Under the pieces are notes generated by a model. It was not told the DNA's origin. It was given only the letters and a program-made list of their open reading frames with translations, and made no database searches. 64,000 bases of DNA, from assembly GCA_963706325.1 (NCBI GenBank), contig CAVPLT010000007.1, positions 352,001 to 416,000 on the forward strand, written 5' to 3'. This document shows positions 12,761 to 21,295 of this stretch, in pieces; the stretch's first letter is position 1, and each line of letters starts with the position of its first letter. The translations under genes and the position numbers were made by a program. This DNA is from an uncultured Nitrospiraceae bacterium. Its GTDB lineage: Bacteria > Nitrospirota > Nitrospiria > Nitrospirales > Nitrospiraceae.

Positions 12761-13462
12761 ATGTTGGAAGCCATCAACCTCACCAAACGATTCGGCGCCA
12801 CCGTGGCGCTCGACAGCTTGAATCTGGCGGTACAGCCGGGAGATATTTATTGCCTCCTCGGCGCCAACGGCGCGGGCAAGACCACGACCATCAATTTGTT
12901 TCTCGGTTTTATCGAGCCGAGCAGCGGTGAAGCGCGGGTCAACGGCGTGGATGTCCAACGCGGACCCGACGCCACCAAGGGCGCCATCGCCTATATACCG
13001 GAGACGGTCGCGCTGTATCCGCATCTGACCGGAATGGAAAATCTCGAGTATTTCGCCGGCCTGGCGGGCCACGAGGCTTCGCGCGAGCAGTTCGGGAGCG
13101 CACTGAGCGAGGCCGGTCTTAAAACCGAGGCACACTCGCGCAAGGTCGCCGGCTACTCGAAGGGGATGAGACAAAAGGTCGTCATCGCGCTCGCCATCGT
13201 CCGGGGCGCCAGGGCGATGCTACTCGATGAGCCGACCTCGGGCCTCGATCCGCACGCGGCTAACGATTTCGGCGAGCTGTTGCGGCGCATGACTGCGTCA
13301 GGGGTCGCGATACTGATGGCCACGCACGATTTATTTCGCGCCAAGGACATCGCGACCACCATCGGCATCATGAAGCATGGCGTCCTCGGCGTGAATTTGT
13401 CCGCGTCCGAAGTCAGCCACACCGACTTAGAGCACATCTATCTGAAGTACATGAGGGACTGA
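12761..13462 (+). CDS. ABC transporter ATP-binding protein
   Basis: Walker A GANGAGKTT, signature YSKGMRQK, Walker B LLDEPT. Confidence 0.93.
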   Translation: MLEAINLTKRFGATVALDSLNLAVQPGDIYCLLGANGAGKTTTINLFLGFIEPSSGEARVNGVDVQRGPDATKGAIAYIPETVALYPHLTGMENLEYFAGLAGHEASREQFGSALSEAGLKTEAHSRKVAGYSKGMRQKVVIALAIVRGARAMLLDEPTSGLDPHAANDFGELLRRMTASGVAILMATHDLFRAKDIATTIGIMKHGVLGVNLSASEVSHTDLEHIYLKYMRD

Positions 13463-13464
13463 CC

Positions 13465-14964
13465 ATGCAGGCACACACCGACGCCCAAGCCGTTCACGCG
13501 TCCGCCGGCCCAAATCGGAATGAGCGCAGCTTGTTCGGTCCGGCCTGGCGCGTGGCACACAAGGAGGTGGCCGATCTCTACAGCGACGGCCGCGTCTTAT
13601 GGGCCATGGCAGCCGTGGCTCTGCTGATCATGATCTCGGTCGCGTTGTCCTGGCAGGACTTCCGTGCGCGCGAGGCGGCGCGCACGCAGGCAGATACGGC
13701 AGTGCGTCATCAGTGGGAGAATCAAGGCTCCAAAAATCCTCACAGCGCGGCGCATTTCGGCCAGTACGCCTTCACGCTCGAATCGGTCCCGGCGGCGATC
13801 GATCCGGGCACGCTTGCCCATACCGGAAGCGCGGTCTGGCTTGAGCCGCACCGCAGGAACCTGTTCGGTTTTCATCCTGCCGAGGACCAAACCGCGGCGG
13901 TTCGCTATGGGCCGCTGACGCCGGCATTGCTGCTGCAAGTCGTCGTGCCATTGCTGATCGTGTCCTTCTGCTTTGCGTCGGTCGCCGGTGAACGCGAGGC
14001 GGGGACGCTGCGGCTCGTCTTGAGTCTGGGACTCACACGCGGTCAACTGTTTCTGGGTAAAGCCCTCGGCGTCGCTCTCGCAGGCGCGCCGCTTGCCGCG
14101 CTGCTCTTTGCGCCGGTGGCAGTGCTGGGGCTGATCCAGATGGGGCAGGGCGCCGCCGGTACCGACCAGGTCGCGCGGCTGCTGCTGATGGCGGTCGTCT
14201 ATTGCGCCTACTGGAGCGTGTGGGTGCTCATCGGTCTGGGGGTATCAAGCCGTGCAGCCACGGCACAGCGCGCGCTCATTGTCCTGTTGGCGCTGTGGGC
14301 GCTCGCCACGCTGCTGGCTCCCCGGGTCGGCTCCTTCCTGTCTGAACAGATCGCCAAGCCACCCTCCACGGAGGCATTTTTCGATGGCATACAGAGCGAT
14401 CTGGCTCACGGCCTTGACGGCAAGTCTCCCGCCGAAATGCGTTACCAGGAACTCGTCGAACAGACGTTGAAGGAGTACAACGTGAAGAGTCTGCAGGAGT
14501 TGCCGGTTGGCTTCGGCGGCCTGCGGCGGCGCTCACAAGACGCCTATTCCGAACGCGTGCATGATAAACACTTCGACGCGGTCCACGACACCTGGCGACG
14601 CCAGGCGAGGCTGCACATTCTTGTCTCGGCCGTAAGTCCCCTCATTCCGGCGCAGGCCTTGTCCCAGGGCCTCGCAGGCACAGATGTCGAGCATCACATA
14701 CATTTTTCTCAGGCCGCCGAGCGCTATCGCCGCTACTTCGTCGACTTCACGACCGACGCCCTGACCGCAGGCGAACAGGGAACGGAAAAACGAATGACTG
14801 CCGGTAACGAGATGTGGCAATCGATCAAGGCATTCGAATACCGGCAGCCGACGGCGGATGAGGCATTGCGCGGGCAGTGGCCGGGCCTGCTGGTTCTTGC
14901 GGCATGGCTGATGGCAAGCGCCTGGTACGCTTACCGATCATTCCGGCGACTGAATTTTGAGTGA
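13465..14964 (+). CDS. ABC-2 type permease, DUF3526 family
   Basis: 'KNPHSAAHFGQYAF', 'GEREAGTLRLVLS', 'LAGTDVEHHIHFSQAAERYRR'. Confidence 0.85.
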   Translation: MQAHTDAQAVHASAGPNRNERSLFGPAWRVAHKEVADLYSDGRVLWAMAAVALLIMISVALSWQDFRAREAARTQADTAVRHQWENQGSKNPHSAAHFGQYAFTLESVPAAIDPGTLAHTGSAVWLEPHRRNLFGFHPAEDQTAAVRYGPLTPALLLQVVVPLLIVSFCFASVAGEREAGTLRLVLSLGLTRGQLFLGKALGVALAGAPLAALLFAPVAVLGLIQMGQGAAGTDQVARLLLMAVVYCAYWSVWVLIGLGVSSRAATAQRALIVLLALWALATLLAPRVGSFLSEQIAKPPSTEAFFDGIQSDLAHGLDGKSPAEMRYQELVEQTLKEYNVKSLQELPVGFGGLRRRSQDAYSERVHDKHFDAVHDTWRRQARLHILVSAVSPLIPAQALSQGLAGTDVEHHIHFSQAAERYRRYFVDFTTDALTAGEQGTEKRMTAGNEMWQSIKAFEYRQPTADEALRGQWPGLLVLAAWLMASAWYAYRSFRRLNFE

Positions 14965-14971
14965 GGACGAC

Positions 14972-17224
14972 ATGATCCGATTACTGCATCTCGAATGGCA
15001 GAAGGATACACGCGACCGGTCCTTATGGATCCCGATCGCCTTCCTGTGCCTGTTGCTGGTCGCGGCGGCGATCAACGGCGCCGGTGACGTGACCGGAGCC
15101 AGGGACTCCATAGCGGCTTCGAATGATTACGAGTCGGCGCGCATGGCTGAACTCCAGCACAGCGCCGGGGAAGTCGCGCGGGGGCATCAACCCGTTCAGT
15201 TCGCGCTGGACGGCTCGAATCCTGCCCGCGTGGGTGGAGGAGACGGTGCGCGTCGAGCCTGGTTGCCTCCGGCGGATTTCGCCTCGTTCGCGGCCGGTTA
15301 TCTGGGCGCGCTGCCGCAATCGCACACGATCACGACTTGGTCGCGCTACGCGCGCACCGACGGCTATGACCTCAGGAGCCCTGCCAACCACGCGAGCGGG
15401 CGCTTCGATGTCGGCTTCGTCTGCGTGCTGCTCCTGCCGCTCTTCGCGATCGCACTGGGTTACAACGTCTTGTCGGCGGACCGCGAGTCGGGCACGTTGC
15501 GCTTGGTGAGCGCGCAGTCGGTGTCGCTGCCTCGCCTGATCGCCGTGCGCCTCGGATTGCGTCTCGCACTGCTCATGGCCCCCATCGCCATCGTCAGCGC
15601 CGGTCTTTACCTATGGACGGCGTCGGAGATCACGGTAGAAGGAGTATCGAAATGGCTGTTCCTGCTCGGCGCGGTGAGCTGTTATGTCGCGTTCTGGCTG
15701 GCGTTGTGCGGGGTCCTCAACGTGTCAGGGCGCAGTTCATCATTTAATGCGATGACCGGAGTATCTCTCTACCTTGCGTTCACCATCCTGCTGCCCACCG
15801 CCATCCAGGTTGCCGCGACGAAAGCGTTCCCGCCGCCTGCTCGCCTGTCGCTCATTCCCACTATGCGGACGATCACCAGCGAGATCGAAAGCAGCGAGAA
15901 ATCCAAAGCCCTGGTCGAACGCTATTACCGCGACCATCCCGAGGTCGTACCGGCGGCGGACTCGCCGAATAAGATGGAGCCGCGGACCAAGCTGTTTCCC
16001 AAAGCGCTGGAGTTCGACCGCCGCCTGGTCCCGATCATCAAGGAGCAAGAGGCGGCGTCCCAGGCCCAGTCCGATTTTGCACGCCGGCTCTCCATCCTGT
16101 CGCCGTCGTTCGCGTTGCAACTGATTCTCGAACAGTGGGCGGGCAACGACTTGGAGCGCAACAGGGCGTTTGTCCGGCAGGTCGATGCGTATGAACAGGC
16201 GTGGCGCGAGTTCTTCGGACCCAAGATCATGGGGCTCTCCAGGCTTGCCCCGGACGATTATCAGCGCCTCCCGACCTTTCAGTTTCGCGAGGAGCCCGCG
16301 TCGAGCTTCTGGGGGCACGCATTCCTGCCGCTGGGTTCTCTGTTCGCGGCCGGCAGTGTCGCGGTGGGCATGCTGGGATTAGCCCTTCCCAAGTCGTCGT
16401 TACGCCGGCGCAAGAAGCAGGTCACCCGGGGCATAGATGAGCGCTGGGCCCGCAAGGCGCACCGCCGGATAGGCATTTTTGCCCTCGGGTTTTTGTTGCT
16501 CTCCTTAAGCACGGGACTGTTGTGGGCCAATGCAAAATTCCTGTATTGGGACGAACGTTATAAGGAGCGGGTGCGACCGGTTGCCGGTCCGCCGCTGGAG
16601 GCGGCAGGAGTTTCGCTTCAGGAGGTGATGGACCGGAGCAAAGCCGCGGTTGAAGGTCCGGCAACCGTGACGCAGGCCACCCTTCGTTCTGATTTTGGCC
16701 GGCTTCTCTATGACGTCAAACTGCGCGCCGGAGGAAAAGCCAGCACATTTCTCTATGATGCGGCAACCGGAGAGCTTCTTTCCCCGATTTCCCCGGAGCT
16801 GGCCCAAGACATCGCCAGGCAATACGTAAGCGAGAACGCCGAGATCACCGCCGTGGCCACGGAACAGTACACCCCTCGAAAAAAACACAAGGCACAAGCT
16901 GCCGTTCGAGTGGCCTTCAATGATACGAATCGAACCGAAATCGTGCTTGATCACCAGACCGGCGAGATTCTCGAAGACGAAGGCCGTTGGCGCAAGGTGC
17001 ACTTCGCAGTCATGCAATTGCATCAGCTGAACTTCTTTGGATTTGAAAAAACGCTGCTCAATATTCCAGGCGTCCCGCTGCTCCTGATGGGCTTCTCAGG
17101 ATTGGCGTTGTGGGGGCTTCAGCGCGCTCGGGCGAGACGCGCCAAAACCGCCGCATTCACAGCGCACGATGTGCTGTCTCCTCCCGATTCGAGAGGGGAA
17201 CCGGAGCATACCAACCGTGGGTGA
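14972..17224 (+). CDS. DUF3526-type ABC-2 permease fused to a C-terminal PepSY/PepSY-TM module
   Basis: First ~475 aa are permease ('GRFDVGFV', 'SADRESGTLRLV'), followed by 'ARKAHRRIG..STGLLW', PepSY-like 'LYDVKL..YDAATGE' and 'MQLHQLNFFG'; ATG at 14972 follows GAGGA. Confidence 0.78.
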   Translation: MIRLLHLEWQKDTRDRSLWIPIAFLCLLLVAAAINGAGDVTGARDSIAASNDYESARMAELQHSAGEVARGHQPVQFALDGSNPARVGGGDGARRAWLPPADFASFAAGYLGALPQSHTITTWSRYARTDGYDLRSPANHASGRFDVGFVCVLLLPLFAIALGYNVLSADRESGTLRLVSAQSVSLPRLIAVRLGLRLALLMAPIAIVSAGLYLWTASEITVEGVSKWLFLLGAVSCYVAFWLALCGVLNVSGRSSSFNAMTGVSLYLAFTILLPTAIQVAATKAFPPPARLSLIPTMRTITSEIESSEKSKALVERYYRDHPEVVPAADSPNKMEPRTKLFPKALEFDRRLVPIIKEQEAASQAQSDFARRLSILSPSFALQLILEQWAGNDLERNRAFVRQVDAYEQAWREFFGPKIMGLSRLAPDDYQRLPTFQFREEPASSFWGHAFLPLGSLFAAGSVAVGMLGLALPKSSLRRRKKQVTRGIDERWARKAHRRIGIFALGFLLLSLSTGLLWANAKFLYWDERYKERVRPVAGPPLEAAGVSLQEVMDRSKAAVEGPATVTQATLRSDFGRLLYDVKLRAGGKASTFLYDAATGELLSPISPELAQDIARQYVSENAEITAVATEQYTPRKKHKAQAAVRVAFNDTNRTEIVLDHQTGEILEDEGRWRKVHFAVMQLHQLNFFGFEKTLLNIPGVPLLLMGFSGLALWGLQRARARRAKTAAFTAHDVLSPPDSRGEPEHTNRG

Positions 17225-17295
17225 TTCGCACATTGTCGGAGGTGTTGAGGTGGTGGCCTTTTCTTTCGTCGGTTGGTTAGAATATCCGGAACGGT

Positions 17296-19335
17296 ATGGC
17301 ACTGACGATTCGTACCATCAAAGGCCGCATTGTGCTCGCGATCGTGCTGGTGGGCTGTGTCCCGCTGCTGATGGGCCTCGTCCTCGCCTACATGTCGGGA
17401 ATGCAATCTTTGCGGGACCTCATCGGCGGCAACCTGCAGGCGGTTGCGGTTCAGGCTGCCGACCGGGTGACCATGCTGGTCCAGAGCGAAATTCAAGCGG
17501 CCCGTTTATTGGGATCGGCGCCTCTTCGCGTGCGTCAGCCGGTCGAGGCGGCCAATCGTGCCTATCCTCCGGATCCTGCGCAGGCGGACCTCATCATTCA
17601 GGAACGCACTCAAATCTGGGAGAAGGGGAAGGAGGCGGCGGCCCGATTGCTGGATGGAGGCCTCTCGCGCTTTCTCCTCGACACGAAGGTTCGAAGCGGG
17701 GACAAGGTCGTGGGCCTCTTGATCGTCGATCAACATGGATCGTTGGTCGCTGCCAGTTCGGAACCTGATCATTACTCCTTCGGCGGTGAATCGTGGTGGA
17801 AGGCGATCCGTTCCGGCGGCACCGACCACGTATATGTCAGTGAGTTGATTCCGACCAAGGAAGGCTCCTTCCGGACGCCGGAGGAGACGATCGACATCGC
17901 CGTGCCGATTCTGGACGACCGTCACCACACTGTTATCGGAGCCGTCAAGGCTTCCTACCGGTTCGACACTCTCCTCGGTATGATCAACCAAATACGGATC
18001 GGGCAAACCGGCCATGCCATGCTCTTCAATGCCGCCGGGGAGCCTTTAGTCTGTCCGATCCTTCCTCGGCAAGCGCATCGTATACCCAGCCAACTAATGG
18101 CCATGATTGTCTCCTCCGAGCCAGGCTGGGGTATCGCTGATGACGATGGACATGGCGGCGCCGACACAGTAGTTGCGTATGCGCCTGTGACCGGTCTCAC
18201 CTTGCCGGACAACACCTGGCATATTTTCGTCAGACAACAGCCGGTGGAAAGTTATGCTCCGATTCGAGACCAGCTCAGGAATCTGGCGGTGATCGGTCTT
18301 GTCATGGTGGGTCTGTTGTGGGCAATCGGGCGCTACGTCGCGACGCGAATCGCCCGTCCGATTCAAGTTTTGAAGACCGGGGTCGAGGCGATCAGCCGAG
18401 GCACCTACGATGGTCCGCTTGATCTCAAAACCGGAGATGAGTTTGAGGAGCTGGCAGTGGCCGTGCATCGCATGGCCGATAAGTTGCAGGCGTCGCGAGC
18501 GGAGTTGGAGTCTCTCAATGCGGAGCTGACGCATCGGGTGGAAGAGAAGACCGCAGAGATCACTCGGCAGATGCGGAAGCTGGAATTATCTGAACGGTTG
18601 GCGACGCTGGGGAAGGTGGCCAGTGGGATCGCCCACGAAATAAACAATCCCCTCGGCATTATTCTCAACCGAATCGAATGTATGGAGGCCGATGCGGCAC
18701 AGGCCGAGCTGACGGATGAAGTCGGGCGGGATTTAGTCACCATCCGCAGGCAGGCGGAACGGATTTCCCGCGTCACGCGCAGCATCCTCACCTTTTCTCG
18801 CGGCACGGTCTCCACATTGAAGCCGCTCGACCTTAATTGTGTTGCCCGCACCTGCGTGGCGATGGCTGGTGAACGGGTCGCAGGGCGTTCCGTGCGGATC
18901 GATGCGCAACTAGCATCACAATTATCCCCGGTCATGGGAGATCGAGACCGACTCGAAACGGTGCTGCTGAATCTCATCAACAATGCCATCGATGCGGTGA
19001 CGGGACATGTCGAGCAGGGGCTCGTTACGCTGCGCACGACACGGACGATCCTTAACGGCGATGAGTGGGTGCAGATCAGCCTCTCGGATAATGGACCCGG
19101 CATTCCGTCCGCTATCCTCGACCGCATTTTCGATCCATTTTTTACTACGAAGCCGACAGGTCAAGGGACCGGGCTGGGATTGTTCCTCAGTTATGGAATC
19201 GTCTCGGACCATCGCGGTCGCATCGAAGCGCGAAGCAGCGTCGCCGGGGCGACCTTCGAGATCTATCTGCCTACGGTGGGTCTCGGGACATCGCTTCAGG
19301 AAGGAACACCATGGGGATTGCAGGAAAAATCCTGA
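17296..19335 (+). CDS. Sensor histidine kinase (periplasmic Cache-like domain, HAMP, HisKA, HATPase)
   Basis: Two TMs, HAMP 'IARPIQVL..GDEFEELA', H-box 'AHEINNPL', 'FDPFFTTKPTGQGTGLGL'. Confidence 0.93.
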   Translation: MALTIRTIKGRIVLAIVLVGCVPLLMGLVLAYMSGMQSLRDLIGGNLQAVAVQAADRVTMLVQSEIQAARLLGSAPLRVRQPVEAANRAYPPDPAQADLIIQERTQIWEKGKEAAARLLDGGLSRFLLDTKVRSGDKVVGLLIVDQHGSLVAASSEPDHYSFGGESWWKAIRSGGTDHVYVSELIPTKEGSFRTPEETIDIAVPILDDRHHTVIGAVKASYRFDTLLGMINQIRIGQTGHAMLFNAAGEPLVCPILPRQAHRIPSQLMAMIVSSEPGWGIADDDGHGGADTVVAYAPVTGLTLPDNTWHIFVRQQPVESYAPIRDQLRNLAVIGLVMVGLLWAIGRYVATRIARPIQVLKTGVEAISRGTYDGPLDLKTGDEFEELAVAVHRMADKLQASRAELESLNAELTHRVEEKTAEITRQMRKLELSERLATLGKVASGIAHEINNPLGIILNRIECMEADAAQAELTDEVGRDLVTIRRQAERISRVTRSILTFSRGTVSTLKPLDLNCVARTCVAMAGERVAGRSVRIDAQLASQLSPVMGDRDRLETVLLNLINNAIDAVTGHVEQGLVTLRTTRTILNGDEWVQISLSDNGPGIPSAILDRIFDPFFTTKPTGQGTGLGLFLSYGIVSDHRGRIEARSSVAGATFEIYLPTVGLGTSLQEGTPWGLQEKS

Positions 19336-20729
19336 TCGTCGACGACGAGCAGGACGCATTGGACAATTGCCGCCGCATCTTGAGCCGGGTGCCGTATCAG
19401 TGTGTCACGGAGTCCAATTCCGCCCGCGCGCTCGACATCATCCAGCGGGAGCGGCCGGGCCTGATCTTGACCGATCTGCGTATGCCGACCCTGGACGGGA
19501 TCGAGGTGTTGACTGCCGCCAAGCGGCTCGACCCCTCCGTGAAGGTCGTGTTGCTGACCGCCCATGCCAGCGTGCAGACTGCCGTGACGTCCATGCGCTA
19601 CGGCGCGTTCGATTATATTACGAAGCCGTTCGCCAGCGCCGAACTTGTGCAGGTTGCCCGCCGCGCATTCGGTGAGGATGGCGCATTACCGTCGGCCGGA
19701 CCCGGAAAGACCGACGATGGCGCGCGTCTCGACCGGGCGCAGCCGGGAAGGCGTGCCAGCTTTGCGCGTGTGATCGGTGAAAGTCCTGCGATGCAAGCGG
19801 TATTCAACCTGATTGAAAAGGTCGCTCCTACCCATTCCAACGTGTTGGTCTATGGAGAGAGCGGCACGGGAAAAGAGTTGGTTGCCCATGCCATTCATGA
19901 TGCGAGTCTCCGGGCAGACCGTCCGTTCGTTCCCGTGGATTGTGTTTCCCTTCCCGACACGTTGCTTGAATCCGAGTTATTCGGCCATGAGAAAGGCGCG
20001 TTTACGGGCGCGCATATTTCCAAACCGGGACTTTTCGAGATCGCTTCAGGGGGCACGATATTTCTCGATGAAGTCAGCGGGATGAGCCAAACGTTGCAGT
20101 CGCGATTGTTACGGGTCTTACAGGAACGGCAGATGCGCCGAGTCGGCGGCATCCGGTTCATGAGCGTGGATGTGCGCGTGATCGCGGCCTCTAACCAGGA
20201 GCTCGAGGCGGCCTGTCGCCGCGGAGAGTTTCGCGAGGATCTGTATTACCGCTTGAATGTCATCCCTATCGCGTTACCGCCTTTGCGAAGCAGAGAAGGA
20301 GATATTCCACTGTTAGCCCGAGAATTCATTCAGCGGTTTATGAGGCAGCAAGGGCCCGGCGCGGCTTTCGTGCCGGACCTGAGCGCTTCCGCGGCGGAGC
20401 TGTTGTGCGGATACTCGTGGCCGGGTAATGTGCGTGAATTACAGAACGTGATTGAGCGGGCAGCGGTGTTAGCCGATGGGCCTATCATTATGAGCGCGCA
20501 CCTACCGGAACGTCTGCGGGGGCCTGAGAGTGACGACTCCGGGTCCCATGAGACGGCCTCATTCAAGCACGCCAAACAGGCGGCCGTCAGCACGTGGGAA
20601 CGAAGTTTCCTCATAGAACTGTTGAAGCGACATGATGGCCATATGGGGCGCGCTGCACGCGAGTCCGGTGTCGACCGTAAGACGATCGAACGAATGGTAA
20701 AGAAGCATGGCCTGCGGGCCTTGTTCTGA
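19311..20729 (+). CDS. Sigma54-dependent response regulator (NtrC family)
   Basis: Receiver 'ILIVDDE..DLRMP', AAA+ 'GESGTGKE', 'GAFTGA', '[10 protein letters not shown]', C-terminal HTH. Confidence 0.94.
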   Translation: MGIAGKILIVDDEQDALDNCRRILSRVPYQCVTESNSARALDIIQRERPGLILTDLRMPTLDGIEVLTAAKRLDPSVKVVLLTAHASVQTAVTSMRYGAFDYITKPFASAELVQVARRAFGEDGALPSAGPGKTDDGARLDRAQPGRRASFARVIGESPAMQAVFNLIEKVAPTHSNVLVYGESGTGKELVAHAIHDASLRADRPFVPVDCVSLPDTLLESELFGHEKGAFTGAHISKPGLFEIASGGTIFLDEVSGMSQTLQSRLLRVLQERQMRRVGGIRFMSVDVRVIAASNQELEAACRRGEFREDLYYRLNVIPIALPPLRSREGDIPLLAREFIQRFMRQQGPGAAFVPDLSASAAELLCGYSWPGNVRELQNVIERAAVLADGPIIMSAHLPERLRGPESDDSGSHETASFKHAKQAAVSTWERSFLIELLKRHDGHMGRAARESGVDRKTIERMVKKHGLRALF

Positions 20730-20804
20730 TCTATCGGCCGTCCGCTTCCAATTATTCACTCCCCATCACCTTCTACTCCACCACATTGGCTCGACGTCTT
20801 TGTG

Positions 20805-20824
20805 ATGGGACAGCCATGTCCCAT
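20805..20824. promoter_or_regulatory. Palindromic putative enhancer (UAS) site 1, ATGGGACA-GCCA-TGTCCCAT
   Basis: Perfect 8-bp inverted repeat with the same ATGGG-N10-CCCAT geometry as site 2. Confidence 0.6.
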
Positions 20825-20888
20825 GCAGGCTAGTTCTTCGGACATTGACTATTCCTCAATAAAGGAGAGCCGTTTCGTCTGTTCGTCC

Positions 20889-20924
20889 CGATACAAATGG
20901 GGCGTGTGCGCCCCATTTGTATCG
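20889..20924. promoter_or_regulatory. Palindromic putative enhancer (UAS) site 2, core ATGGGGCG-TGTG-CGCCCCAT (20897-20916)
   Basis: 16-bp perfect arms CGATACAAATGGGGCG/CGCCCCATTTGTATCG with no downstream U-tract; about 100 bp upstream of a -24 element. Confidence 0.6.
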
Positions 20925-21008
20925 ACTGGGAGTGTATTGTCAAAAATAATGGCTGCATTTGCCGACTTTCTCCTGAGGCGAAATGAGGAACAAGAGTTGC
21001 TCTAGTCT

Positions 21009-21024
21009 TGGCTGTCTTTATGCG
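21009..21024 (+). promoter_or_regulatory. Putative sigma54 (-24/-12) promoter of the multicopper oxidase
   Basis: TGGCTGTCTTTATGCG = GG-N10-GC, downstream of a sigma54 activator gene and two palindromes. Confidence 0.6.
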
Positions 21025-21063
21025 TCCAGTGATGACGCGGCTGTATGTCATCCATCGAGTTCA

Positions 21064-21241
21064 AGGACGTGGAGAAGGAAGGACCGGCCTCCTGACTTGT
21101 CCACTCCATGAGGGTGCAGGTCTTCGGACCTGCACCGTAAAAACAGTGCAGTTGTTGTGTGTGAGGACGTGGAGAAGGAAGGACCGGCCTCCTGACTTTT
21201 CCAGTCCACGATGGTGCAGGCTCCTTGCGGGGCCTGCACCG
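21064..21241 (+). ncRNA. Tandem structured leader-RNA candidate (two units, 21064-21137 and 21164-21241)
   Basis: 35-nt identical core AGGACGTGGAGAAGGAAGGACCGGCCTCCTGACTT; hairpins GGTGCAGGTC-TTCG-GACCTGCACC and GGTGCAGGCTCC-TTGC-GGGGCCTGCACC; the repeat is certain, RNA function is inferred. Confidence 0.55.
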
Positions 21242-21295
21242 AACATCTGAGTGCAGCCATAGGGCTGATCATGGATTCAAGAGGAGGTAGGTGTA

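Noticed and set aside
21064..21241. CRISPR array, or a known tandem riboswitch (glycine, guanidine-II, yybP-ykoY)
   Set aside because: There are only two units, the inter-core sequence is itself conserved, and no cas genes are present. I could not find the consensus elements of those riboswitch classes by eye; an Rfam search is still needed.
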